Positions 37,057 through 46,573 of a DNA stretch of 64,000 nucleotides are shown here, in pieces. Source of the DNA: Spirochaetia bacterium. GTDB taxonomy: Bacteria > Spirochaetota > Spirochaetia > DSM-27196 > PWMO01. The stretch is taken from positions 34,524 through 98,523 of the forward strand of contig JAWLED010000001.1 in assembly GCA_041686235.1 (NCBI GenBank), read 5' to 3'. The notes under the pieces are model-generated. The model saw only the letters and a program-made list of their open reading frames with translations, did not search any database and was not told the origin of the DNA. The translations under genes were made by a program, and so were the position numbers. The stretch's first letter is position 1. Every line of letters begins with the position of its first letter.

Positions 37057-37728
37057 ATGACGGCCCGAGAGAGGGCAATGCAACAGACCAACCATACGCA
37101 GCTTCCGCGTGAAAAACTGTTGGCGCACGGAGCGGAACACCTGTCGGACCAAGAGCTCGTCACGGTACTGTTGGGAAGCGGAACGCGGGGGAAACCCGTG
37201 TATCGCCTCGCCGAAGAGGTGCTTACCGTTCTCGACAGCTGCAAGGGAAAACCCGACACCCAGGACCTCAGGCTCATTTCCGGTCTCGGAGCGGCAAAGT
37301 CAAGCTTGCTCATCGCCGCCGTCGAGCTCGCCCGCCGTCTGCTGTGTCCGGCCGTGCAGCGGATCAGATTTCCTGCCGACGTCGTGCCTCTCATCCGCCA
37401 CTTTGCCGATCGCAAGCAAGAGCATTTCCTCTCTCTTTCGCTAAACGGGGCGCATGAGGTCTCTGCTACCCGGGTGGTGTCCGTCGGCCTCGTCAACCGC
37501 GCGTTGGTACACCCGCGCGAGGTCTTTGCCGAGGCGCTTGTCGACCGCGCCGCCGCCGTTGTGGTCGCACACAATCACCCCAGCGGCAACGTGGAGCCGA
37601 GCCCCGAGGACCGGGAGGTGACGATGCGCCTGCAAAAAGCCGGACAAACCCTTGGAATCGCGATGCTCGATCATATTATATTCTCGCAAACCGGCTACTA
37701 TAGCTTTCTCGAGCACGGCGAGCTCTAA
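37057..37728 (+). CDS. radC: RadC/JAB-domain protein (UPF0758)
   Basis: N-terminal HhH-like LSDQELVTVLLGSGTRG and JAMM motif HNHPSGNVEPSPEDREVT. Start is ATG 37057 or GTG 37048. Confidence 0.85.
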   Translation: MTARERAMQQTNHTQLPREKLLAHGAEHLSDQELVTVLLGSGTRGKPVYRLAEEVLTVLDSCKGKPDTQDLRLISGLGAAKSSLLIAAVELARRLLCPAVQRIRFPADVVPLIRHFADRKQEHFLSLSLNGAHEVSATRVVSVGLVNRALVHPREVFAEALVDRAAAVVVAHNHPSGNVEPSPEDREVTMRLQKAGQTLGIAMLDHIIFSQTGYYSFLEHGEL

Positions 37729-37788
37729 CACCGGGGTGCTTGCCATGGTAGACTCCGAAAAACAACTGCCGGCAGGAGAAGAAGGGCA

Positions 37789-40218
37789 ATGAAACAGTTC
37801 CATGTGCGAAGGCGATATTACCTCATTTTTGCAGCAGTGCTTTCTGCGGTCGTCACCTCGCAGAGCTTTGCGCAACAGCGGCTTTTCGACATGCAGAGCG
37901 TGGCCACCAATGACGGGCTCCTTTCCCCCATCATCAACCCTGCAGCCCCGGCCTTTGGAAACGCCGGCGGAATTGGTGCGGTCGTCGGCTATGACGAGCA
38001 CACGTTCTCGAGTATCAGCGAGCCGACTGCGCCCGATGCAACCGTGCTGTTGAACTCTTCACTGCTCAGCTACGCTTTTCAAAAGACCGGAAACGACGGA
38101 CTCCATACCGGCACGCTTTCGGCGCCGCTTTTCGGCGATATGTATGCCGGTGTCGGGGTGTCCACACCGGATTTTTCATTTGAAGACCCGTTTACGAGAG
38201 TCGGACTTCTCTATCGTCCGGTCAATGTGCTTTCGATCGGGGGGACGACAACGATTCCCGAGACCGGTGACCCCGCATATCGTGTCGGCGGGGCGCTGCG
38301 ACCACTGTTTGTCGACCGCGAGCTCGCGCAAAGCCTCACCGTAAGCGCGGACGTCCGGTATCAGAACGACGAGCTCGGTCTGCCTGTTGCCCGCCTCGAA
38401 ATGACACCCCAGGACGGGCTTGATATTGCCGCAGGATACGATTTCGAAAACGACCGCTTTCAGCTGCAAGCAAGCGTGAGCTATGGTTCGGTTCGCAGCG
38501 GCAGCAGTGCCGGTTTCACCGCAGACCGCGGCGTGGGGGCCACCGTGTTCACTCACTTTGCAACACGGGATTTTCGCTCCTTCGCTCCGGTGGACGCTCG
38601 AACGTTTGCGGAGTATGCACCTGGGCCGGTGGTGGTCGAGCAGCCTTCGTTTGTTCCGTTTCGCAATTTCCGAGACATGGACCCGACACAGACGGTTTCC
38701 GAGATCATTCGAGATGTTCGTCGTCTGGCACAGAACGATGCTGTTGCCGGTGTCCTCTTCAGAAACCACAACCTGCAGGCCTCATACGCAAACTTCCTCG
38801 AGCTCCAAAGCGCTTTATCGGAGCTCAAGGCGACGGGCAAAAAGGTCGTCTTCTATTTTGAACAAACAAACACACTCAATTATGCGCTCGCCGCATCGGT
38901 TGCCGATGAAATATATCTGAACCCCAATGGATCCGTCGGTCTATCCGGCCTCTCACGTACCCGCCCCTACCTCAAGGGGGCGCTCGATGAGTTCGGAATC
39001 GAGGTAGCCAATATCCGCAGCCATGCATACAAGACGAGAGGAAACACCTTCTCGGAAACCGGAATGAGCCCCGAAGAGCGCGAGGCGCTCGGGGCACTCC
39101 TCGAAGACCAGTATGGCGTGCTGCTTCGCATGCTCGAGGACGGCCGGGGAGATAGGCTCACCGACTCTGCCGATGCAGTTGTCGCCGACGGCCCGTACCT
39201 CGTTGCAGAGCGGGCACTGGAGGCGGGACTCGTCGACGACCTCATTTACGAGGATGAGATCGAGGATCGTCTCGACGAGCTCCACGCCGGCGCGCGAACG
39301 GCCGAGGTTTCCGCACGGGACCGGATCCGCTATCAATGGAGTAGGAAACCGGCCCCGCAAGTGGCGGTCATATACGCCACGGGCAACATCATTCGCGGAG
39401 AAGGCCAATCGGGACAGCTCATCGGCTCGAAGACGATGGCTCGAGCGATACGTCGCGCTCGGCAAGCCGGCAACATTGACGGGATCGTGCTGCGGATTTC
39501 GAGCGGTGGTGGCTCCAGCTTGGCCTCCGGGGTCATTGCCCGGGAAGTGGCGCTGACCACCGAGGGCGAGAACGCTAAGCCCGTGGTGGTTTCGATGGCC
39601 GATAGCGCCGCTTCGGGCGGCTACTACATCGCCGCTCCGGCAGACAAGATTGTTGCCCATCCGGTGACGGTCACCGGCTCTATAGGCGTTGTCACACTTC
39701 TTCCCAACATCGAAGGCCTGTCCGAGCAGTACGACGTAAACTGGGACACGGTGAAGACCACCGAAAGCGCCGACCTCGGCGCGCTGTACCGCCGCCTCAC
39801 CGAGAGCGAGCGTGAGCAGCTCCAAAACAGCATCGACGCGGAGTACGAGCGCTTCGTCGACACCGTCGCCGAGCACCGCGACATGTCCACCGAATCGGTC
39901 GATGACGTCGCTCGCGGCCGCGTGTGGAGCGGGGAGGATGCACTGGAAAACGGGCTCGTAGATCGTCTCGGGGGGTTCGCCACCGCCATCGACGTCATGA
40001 AAGAGCTTCTGGAGACCGACACAGACCCCAGGCTCGTGGAGGTATTTCCCGCGCAGCGGCCCTTTGGGTTCGTTCGAGTGGATGAATGGATTGCCTCACA
40101 GGCTCGGAGTCAGCTCGATCCCGAGCTACAAAACTTACTCGAGGCTCAACGCGAGCTCTCGCGCTATGGTGAAGAGATGATCCTCATGCTCGCGGAAGTC
40201 GAGGCGGGAAACCGCTGA
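37789..40218 (+). CDS. sppA: Signal peptide peptidase SppA (tandem S49 domains) with ~270-aa N-terminal extension
   Basis: MADSAASGGYYIAAPADKIVAHPVTVTGSIGV (Ser nucleophile context) and an earlier degenerate S49 copy. Signal peptide present. AGGAGAAGAAGG RBS. Confidence 0.85.
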   Translation: MKQFHVRRRYYLIFAAVLSAVVTSQSFAQQRLFDMQSVATNDGLLSPIINPAAPAFGNAGGIGAVVGYDEHTFSSISEPTAPDATVLLNSSLLSYAFQKTGNDGLHTGTLSAPLFGDMYAGVGVSTPDFSFEDPFTRVGLLYRPVNVLSIGGTTTIPETGDPAYRVGGALRPLFVDRELAQSLTVSADVRYQNDELGLPVARLEMTPQDGLDIAAGYDFENDRFQLQASVSYGSVRSGSSAGFTADRGVGATVFTHFATRDFRSFAPVDARTFAEYAPGPVVVEQPSFVPFRNFRDMDPTQTVSEIIRDVRRLAQNDAVAGVLFRNHNLQASYANFLELQSALSELKATGKKVVFYFEQTNTLNYALAASVADEIYLNPNGSVGLSGLSRTRPYLKGALDEFGIEVANIRSHAYKTRGNTFSETGMSPEEREALGALLEDQYGVLLRMLEDGRGDRLTDSADAVVADGPYLVAERALEAGLVDDLIYEDEIEDRLDELHAGARTAEVSARDRIRYQWSRKPAPQVAVIYATGNIIRGEGQSGQLIGSKTMARAIRRARQAGNIDGIVLRISSGGGSSLASGVIAREVALTTEGENAKPVVVSMADSAASGGYYIAAPADKIVAHPVTVTGSIGVVTLLPNIEGLSEQYDVNWDTVKTTESADLGALYRRLTESEREQLQNSIDAEYERFVDTVAEHRDMSTESVDDVARGRVWSGEDALENGLVDRLGGFATAIDVMKELLETDTDPRLVEVFPAQRPFGFVRVDEWIASQARSQLDPELQNLLEAQRELSRYGEEMILMLAEVEAGNR

Positions 40219-40219
40219 C

Positions 40220-40298
40220 CCCCGCCGCGTGCGCTACAGGGCCCGCGGTCCGGCAGTGGCGCCGGCGTAGCAGAAGCCCCGCCGCGTGCGCTACAGGG
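40220..40298. repeat. 22-bp direct repeat pair in the sppA/HEAT convergent intergenic region
   Basis: CCCCGCCGCGTGCGCTACAGGG at 40220-40241 and 40277-40298 (57-bp period). A third partial copy, CGCTACAG, lies at 40303-40310. Confidence 0.6.
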
Positions 40299-40319
40299 GA
40301 AACGCTACAGAGGATTTCC

Positions 40320-42899
40320 TCACAGCGACCTGGCCTTGGCCCGCTGAAGAGCCCACATGGTGTACTTTCTGACTCGCTTGTCGGGGTCGTTTTGCAGTTC
40401 CGAGAGCATCTCCTGACCGGAGTCAGAAGCAAGTGTGTCGAGCGCACGCGTTACTCTGACCCGGACCTCTTGATCGGGGTCCCGAGCGGCGCGCACGATT
40501 CCCCGGAACGCCGAGACGGTACCGATGGAGGAAAGAATCTCGGCAGCTCGGCGACGCACCGACGGATCTCGATGTGTCAACCGGCGAATGAGGCTCTCTA
40601 CGTAGCCGACCTTTTCGAGCACCTCCGTGATGAACGGGCGAAGAGACGGGATATCTTCCTGCAGCAGCTCTACCAGCGCCTCCTCCCCGTCAGTTGCCAT
40701 GATGCGAAAGACCCCGGTTAACCGCTCTCGCAGGCCCGGGTCGGCATCTTTCATATGCTCGACGATTGCCCCGATGTCGCGCTTACCCCGCTTGCCGGCG
40801 AGCGCATGTACCGTCTCTTGCTCGAGCTCTGCGCCTTGCTCGAGCAGGTTCACCAGGACGTCGATGGAAGACTTCGACGTGGAGGCGCCGAGGCCGCGAA
40901 TCGCCGCCGTCTTTACCGCTTCCACCTCATTCTCATCGGTTAGCACCTCTTGCAGTCCTTTGACCATCTTGTCACCGCCGTGTGCACCAAGGGCGCGCGC
41001 CGCCTCGGTGCGAACGCGGGTTACCGGGTCTCTGAGCTTGTCGCTTGCCTGGGCGAGAGCGCGTTTATCGTCGAATTCGGCGAGCGCCCAGACCGCTGCA
41101 ATACGCACCTCGGGGTCGGCGTCGTCGGAGGCGTCACGAACGTGCTTGAAGAAGTCCTTTTTCTTTGCCGCCGGGAGCGCCGAAATCAACGCCGCCCGCA
41201 CGCTCGCATCCGTCGATTGCAGCAGCTTCTCCACACGTGCATCGAACTCGTCGGCGGCAAAACCGGCAAGGACACTTGTGAACTCCCTCGCCTCCTCGTG
41301 CGGCAACACGGACAGGTTTTCGAGCACGAACTGCAGCACCGCCGGGTCCTGATACGCCCCGATAGTGCGCAAGGCCCTGATGCGTATCTGATGGGAGTAC
41401 TCCTTTTGCCCGGCCTTCACAATTTCAACGAGAGCCGGCATGAGGTCGGGGTACGGCATGCGGGCCACCGTTTTAACAAGCGTATCGAACGCGCTGAACT
41501 CCGGGTCCGTTAAGCACTCGAGAAAGGCATCTGAGAACTGCAGATGCGCGCGCTGCGGCACGACGTTGAGTATCTGAGCCGCCTCCGAGCCGTTGTGCCG
41601 CCGCCTTCTCAACTCCTCGCGCAACAATTCGAGCGCCGCGTCGTCCCCACGATTTGCGAGCATGCTGAGTGCTGTCTCGAACAACTCATCACGGACTTCA
41701 GGGATGGTGTCGAGGTTGGAAAACGCACCTTTCGCCACCGGCCGTATGAGAGAGACCGGGCCCTTGCGACCAAGCAGTCGGGCCGATAAGAGAATGACGG
41801 CAACCGATTCGGCGTTTTGCGCTTCTTCGAGAAATCCCGTCACGTGTACGTCCAACGCATTCTCGAGCAACCCCGCCGTGCGATCGAACGATTGGCGATC
41901 CCCGAGCTCCGCGCTTCGAAGCATCTGTGACAAAGCACCGCGGCGATCGAGAAACTGGGCGGCAGGCAGCCGAAACTCTCGATCATCGTGTCCGAGGAAG
42001 GTCAGCGCAAGGTTCTCGTCCTCTATGGAGTCCTCGTCGAGCTGTTCCAGCGCATGCACGACCTGTTCCGGCGTCAGCTCTGAGGGCTCGAGCCGATACC
42101 GCTCGGCAAAGTCCGCTGCGATACGGCGACGCGCCGCACGGCGCACCTCGAACGAGGGATCGTCGAGCACCAGATGCTGGAGGTGCTCGGAGAAGCCTTC
42201 ACGGTCGGACGGCTGGAATTCGGCGGCAATGGCCGTGCGCACGAGCGCGCCGGCATCGTCCATGCATTCCCAAATAGCCCGCTCCGAGCGCGGATCGTGG
42301 TCGTAGAGGAGCACTTTGATTGCAAAAAAGCGTACGACCCAATCCTGGTCTCCGGTCATCTCGCGGATTTCATCGATCCGCTCGGAGAACATCTCGAACG
42401 CCGTATGACCGTCAAAGTCTTCCGCCTCACCTGCGAGCGCGATATTTCGTAACCCAAGCAAGTCCCCCGTGTCGTCCAAGCGGCGAAAGAGCACCGGACG
42501 AAGCTTCGGTTTCTCGAGAGCGGCAAGGAAACAGGAAAACAGCCCCTTCTCCCGGGAGAACTCGAGTACCCGCCGGAAGTCGCGTTCCCGCTTCGAGCGG
42601 CGCAACCGCCGGCGCCACAGCTCGTCGATACCGGTAGCCGGAAGCACGTTGGTGCTGTAGCGCCGAGCCACCGATTCTATCAAACGCGACCGACGGAGCA
42701 ACTGTGTGTCGGTGTACTTCTGACGCACCTGCAGTTCCGCCTCTTCGGGGTCTTCTGCGGCCAAGCGGATTCTCCTGATGAAGTCTCGTCGCTTGATGAT
42801 GACCATGATAATGACGGCGGCCACCACGACCACGGCACCACCGGCAGCTACGTAGACCCATGAGGGAAGCCCACCAAGCAGTTCCAGAACATCGTTCAT
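40320..42899 (-). CDS. Membrane-anchored HEAT-repeat protein
   Basis: N-terminal TM helix (WVYVAAGGAVVVVAAVIIMVII). Many HEAT/PBS-lyase-like repeats: DPEVRIAAVWALAEF, DPSVRRRAAEILSSIG, DQEVRVRVTRALDTL, DPDKRVRKYTMWALQ. The ATG overlaps the cyclase stop (ATGA). Confidence 0.75.
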   Translation of the reverse strand: MNDVLELLGGLPSWVYVAAGGAVVVVAAVIIMVIIKRRDFIRRIRLAAEDPEEAELQVRQKYTDTQLLRRSRLIESVARRYSTNVLPATGIDELWRRRLRRSKRERDFRRVLEFSREKGLFSCFLAALEKPKLRPVLFRRLDDTGDLLGLRNIALAGEAEDFDGHTAFEMFSERIDEIREMTGDQDWVVRFFAIKVLLYDHDPRSERAIWECMDDAGALVRTAIAAEFQPSDREGFSEHLQHLVLDDPSFEVRRAARRRIAADFAERYRLEPSELTPEQVVHALEQLDEDSIEDENLALTFLGHDDREFRLPAAQFLDRRGALSQMLRSAELGDRQSFDRTAGLLENALDVHVTGFLEEAQNAESVAVILLSARLLGRKGPVSLIRPVAKGAFSNLDTIPEVRDELFETALSMLANRGDDAALELLREELRRRRHNGSEAAQILNVVPQRAHLQFSDAFLECLTDPEFSAFDTLVKTVARMPYPDLMPALVEIVKAGQKEYSHQIRIRALRTIGAYQDPAVLQFVLENLSVLPHEEAREFTSVLAGFAADEFDARVEKLLQSTDASVRAALISALPAAKKKDFFKHVRDASDDADPEVRIAAVWALAEFDDKRALAQASDKLRDPVTRVRTEAARALGAHGGDKMVKGLQEVLTDENEVEAVKTAAIRGLGASTSKSSIDVLVNLLEQGAELEQETVHALAGKRGKRDIGAIVEHMKDADPGLRERLTGVFRIMATDGEEALVELLQEDIPSLRPFITEVLEKVGYVESLIRRLTHRDPSVRRRAAEILSSIGTVSAFRGIVRAARDPDQEVRVRVTRALDTLASDSGQEMLSELQNDPDKRVRKYTMWALQRAKARSL

Positions 42900-44506
42900 T
42901 TTTTAGCTCCCTTCTTCCGTCCTCGCACGGTAAAGATATCGATGGACTCGGCCTTCCCTTTCACTTTTACCGAATCCCTGTGGCGCAGATCAAAGGATGC
43001 ATCCAATAAATCGCGCGTCGTTTTAGTAACGATAACTTCCCCGGGCTCTGCGATTCCCTCGAGGCGCGCGGCAACGTTGACCGTGTCGCCGATTACCGAG
43101 TAATCCATCCGGCGCGAGCTCCCGAGATTACCGGCTACCAGAGGGCCGGTATGCATTCCGATCCCTATGTGGAGGTTGGACGCGTCGCCGGTGAAAAAAC
43201 TGCGCTCGCTCGAGGCCACGAGACGCTGCATCTCGAGAGCGCAGGCAACTGCGAACTCGGCGTCCTGCTCCTCGGCCATCATCGGCACGCCCCACGCAGC
43301 CATGACCGCGTCACCGATGAACTTGTCAATGTAGCCGCGGTAGTTGATGATGAGCTCCACGACCTCACTGAAATATGCATTGAGCACCTCGATTATGTAT
43401 TCGGGTTCCTTGTCCTCCGAGAAGGTGGTGTAGCCGCGGATATCGGCAAATAGCACGGTGGCGACTTTTTTGTCTCCACCCGGCTTCACGAGCTCGGGGT
43501 GTTCCATGAGGTTCTCGACGACCTCATTTGAGAGATACCGGGCAAACATGTCTTTCACCTGTCGGCGCTCTTCTACGGCCACGTTCATCTGCTCTTTCAG
43601 CTCTCGCTCTTTCGTTTGGTCGGCGAACAGCAGGGTTATCCCCTCATGGCGACCGCGCTTCCCGCGAAGCGGCGAGATGTTGAGCGAGTAATCCATCTCA
43701 TCGCCGTCATTCTTGTACACACCTTCTATACCGACCACCAGCTCTCCGTTTTTCTCGCTTTTTTCGATACGATCAAAAACGCGTTTATCCAGTGTTCCCT
43801 TGAATACGTCGGCAAGGGGCGAGCCGATCTGCTTGGGCGTGAGTTTGAGCCGTTCACCGGCGGCCCGATTGAAATACTCGATCCGCCCGTCGCGGTCGGC
43901 GGTAATCAGGAGGTTCTGCATGGATGAGAACACGTTTTCCTGATACCGCTCGAGCGATTCGACCTGGCGCAGCTGCTCTTTGAGCTCGTCGAACAATCGG
44001 CGATTGTCCAGCATACCGCTTGCAAGCGCGGAGAACGAGTCGAGAAAGTAGAAGCGGGCGCGATTGTAGAAATTCTCTTCTCGGGCGTTGAGCAGCAACA
44101 CCCCGATTCGGGCCTTCGGCGTTGCAAGGGGTAGCGCGATAGCACTATTCATGGTGTGGCTGAGAAAGAGATCGGAAAAAAAGGGCTGGTCGCGGTCCAG
44201 TACGACGAGGGATTCGCCCGCATCTTGGAGAAAACCGACGAATTGCGAATCGCCCTCGAGCGTGTTGGGCGCCTTGTATCTCCCCCGCCGATAGTAGAGC
44301 TTGAGCCGCCCGCCTTCGCCCTCAGGGTCTTCGTAGAGGTACAGGCACGCAAGCTCTGAGCGGGTGACGTCTATCGCTTGTTCAACGAGGACGGAGACGA
44401 GGTCTTTGAATCCGAACTCTCGCGAGAGGCGCGAGCTCGCGCGTACGAGCTCATCGAATACTTCACTCTCTACACCTGCTGCACTCGGCATTCGGCTCTC
44501 CGTCAT
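42896..44506 (-). CDS. GAF-PAS sensor class III adenylate/guanylate cyclase
   Basis: VATVLFADIRGYTTFSE, KFIGDAVMAAWG and HTGPLVAGNLGS..RMDYSVIGDTVNVAARLE. GAF-like and PAS-like regions sit N-terminal to the cyclase domain. Confidence 0.9.
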   Translation of the reverse strand: MTESRMPSAAGVESEVFDELVRASSRLSREFGFKDLVSVLVEQAIDVTRSELACLYLYEDPEGEGGRLKLYYRRGRYKAPNTLEGDSQFVGFLQDAGESLVVLDRDQPFFSDLFLSHTMNSAIALPLATPKARIGVLLLNAREENFYNRARFYFLDSFSALASGMLDNRRLFDELKEQLRQVESLERYQENVFSSMQNLLITADRDGRIEYFNRAAGERLKLTPKQIGSPLADVFKGTLDKRVFDRIEKSEKNGELVVGIEGVYKNDGDEMDYSLNISPLRGKRGRHEGITLLFADQTKERELKEQMNVAVEERRQVKDMFARYLSNEVVENLMEHPELVKPGGDKKVATVLFADIRGYTTFSEDKEPEYIIEVLNAYFSEVVELIINYRGYIDKFIGDAVMAAWGVPMMAEEQDAEFAVACALEMQRLVASSERSFFTGDASNLHIGIGMHTGPLVAGNLGSSRRMDYSVIGDTVNVAARLEGIAEPGEVIVTKTTRDLLDASFDLRHRDSVKVKGKAESIDIFTVRGRKKGAKK

Positions 44507-44970
44507 GAACCGCCACTACCAAAGTAGTATCGCATTCCGATACCGCCACCGAAATCGATGTCGGTCTCCGGGAATATGCCCACCCCGGGGGCAATCTCGA
44601 AGAACACGTCGAGGGGTGCGTCCGCGAACTCGTACGCAAGCCCCACCGGTATCCGAGCCCCGAGCCGTGGATCGTCCTTCAGCAACACCTTACCACCGAT
44701 ACCGACGTAGACGGGTAACTCCCCGGGGTGCACGTGCAACACATCATTGAAATGAAACAGATAATCGGCGTGAAAATAGAACGCTCCCTGTCCGATAAAG
44801 GACCAGGCCGCCGCAGCATCCAGAGCGGATGTGTCGTCAAGTCGCAATTTGGCGGAAATTCCCGTCGGCTCTCCGAGGAGGACCCCCAGGCCGAAGGTTT
44901 CAGTTTCGGCGAAGGCACCGCCGAGCGAGAGTACGGACAAAAGAAGGATAACGAGAACTATGCGTTTCAT
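44503..44970 (-). CDS. Small outer-membrane beta-barrel-like protein
   Basis: GGAGAGGA RBS before ATG 44970. Signal peptide MKRIVLVILLLSVLSLGGAFA. Alternating Gly/aromatic beta-strand pattern ending in GMRYYFGSGGS. The stop overlaps the cyclase ATG (ATGA). Confidence 0.55.
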   Translation of the reverse strand: MKRIVLVILLLSVLSLGGAFAETETFGLGVLLGEPTGISAKLRLDDTSALDAAAAWSFIGQGAFYFHADYLFHFNDVLHVHPGELPVYVGIGGKVLLKDDPRLGARIPVGLAYEFADAPLDVFFEIAPGVGIFPETDIDFGGGIGMRYYFGSGGS

Positions 44971-45023
44971 GCATTCCTCTCCCACAAAATTGTTTGCTGG
45001 TTCGTTACCGTCGCCGGGGTCCC

Positions 45024-45032
45024 ATAATACCA
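45024..45032 (-). promoter_or_regulatory. Extended -10 element upstream of the OMP-cyclase-HEAT trio
   Basis: The minus strand reads TGGTATTAT (TGn + TATTAT). No good -35 element. Confidence 0.3.
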
Positions 45033-45099
45033 CGCGCGTCCATTCCGGAACACCACGGACAGCGAGCCCTGCGATACCACCAGATTTGGTAGACGGCTT

Positions 45100-46503
45100 T
45101 CAAGACCGGGAGGAAAAGATTTTTTGTACCCGCTCCACGAACTCCTTCTTTGTAATGATAACGATATTGTCGTCGTTTTGCAGCACATATCCGCCATGTG
45201 GAATAATGTGCTCTTCACCCCGCGCTACCGAGACGATGAGCGAAGCGGCGGGCAGTTTTATGTCTTGGATTCGCTTTCCGTCGCCGCGGCTACCCTCGTC
45301 CACGGTAAGCTCCACAATTTCCACACGGCCGTCCGAAATGCTGTGCAGGCTCCGCACTTTGCCGCCCCGCACGATTTTGAGTATTGAGTTGACTACCGAG
45401 TTCTTGATGCTGACGGTTACGTCGATACCGATATTCGAGGCGATCTTCGCGTAGTTGAACTTGTTTACCAGCACCACCGCGCGGCCGATACCGAGGTTCT
45501 TTCCGTATAACGCGGTTACAATGTTGAGCTCTTGGTTATCAGTAGTCGAGACGACGAGATCTGAGTCTGCAAGATGCTCTTCCTCGAATACGCCTTCATC
45601 CGATATGTCGGCGTTGATCACGAGGGCATCGGGGAAACGCTGTGACACCTCTTTCGATTTGGCAGCATCTCGCTCAACAACTTTCACGCTGGGCTTGCCG
45701 CCGGACAGCTTCCCTGTCATCCGCCGCACGGCTCCCTGCCTATGTCGCTGCGAGCCGAAAAAGTGCTCCAAAATCAGCGTGGCAATCTTCCCGCCGCCGA
45801 TAATAGCGATACGGCGCAACTCCTGCCGCTTTTTGCCGAGGTAGGCAAAGAGTCCCTCGAAGTTACCCTCGGTGGCCACGATATAGAGAAGGTCACCCTC
45901 TTGGACGACGGTGTCCCCGGAGGGAATTATGTAATCGTCTTGGCGAACAACGACGGCTACGAGAAACCTGAAGTCGAAATGCCGGTTAATCTCTTGAAGC
46001 GGCTTGTCACGAAAATACGAGGCGCGGTCCACGTTGATGTGGCGCATCTGCACCCCGGCGCGCTCGAACAGCATGACGTCTGAAGTAGCGCCACGCTCTA
46101 TGCTTCGCAAGATGGCGTCGGCGGCTTCTACCTCCGGATTGACGATATGATCGACTCCGAGAAAGCTGCGCCCGGTGATTTCTGAAGCGGCATAGTCGAT
46201 ATTGCGCACCCGAGCAATGGTCCGGGGCATATCGAACTCAGTGGCGGTCAACCCACAGGCTATGATGTTGACCTCGTCGGAATCGGTAACCGCTACCAAA
46301 AAGTCCGCCCGATCGGTACCCGCCTCTCGCAACGTTTCCACGTTGTTCCCTATGCCGGTGATGACGAGACAGTCGAGCCGCTGAGATGCCCGGGTTGCCT
46401 GGGTCGGGTCGCGCTCGATAAGGACTACGTCCCTGTCTTCGGCAATAAGCTCTCGCGCTAATTGGAAACCCACGGCTCCCGCGCCTACAATAACGACTTT
46501 CAT
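45100..46503 (-). CDS. trkA: Trk potassium uptake system NAD-binding protein
   Basis: MKVVIVGAGAVGFQLAREL and a second Rossmann motif IAIIGGGKIATLILEHF, with two TrkA-C domains. ATG 46503; the track start 46647 adds 48 non-homologous residues. Confidence 0.9.
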   Translation of the reverse strand: MKVVIVGAGAVGFQLARELIAEDRDVVLIERDPTQATRASQRLDCLVITGIGNNVETLREAGTDRADFLVAVTDSDEVNIIACGLTATEFDMPRTIARVRNIDYAASEITGRSFLGVDHIVNPEVEAADAILRSIERGATSDVMLFERAGVQMRHINVDRASYFRDKPLQEINRHFDFRFLVAVVVRQDDYIIPSGDTVVQEGDLLYIVATEGNFEGLFAYLGKKRQELRRIAIIGGGKIATLILEHFFGSQRHRQGAVRRMTGKLSGGKPSVKVVERDAAKSKEVSQRFPDALVINADISDEGVFEEEHLADSDLVVSTTDNQELNIVTALYGKNLGIGRAVVLVNKFNYAKIASNIGIDVTVSIKNSVVNSILKIVRGGKVRSLHSISDGRVEIVELTVDEGSRGDGKRIQDIKLPAASLIVSVARGEEHIIPHGGYVLQNDDNIVIITKKEFVERVQKIFSSRS

Positions 46504-46573
46504 GGAGCGTCCCTTATAGCAAGAGGTGAGAACCGTGTCAAACGCGGAGCCGGCCGCCCCACGCGATGCCGCT

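Noticed and set aside
36918-37112. A 64-aa ORF in the OmpA-family/radC divergent spacer, and the strong AAGGAGGAG box at ~36998.
   Set aside because: No start codon lies at a usable distance from the SD-like box on either strand. The ORF overlaps the radC start and has no motif.
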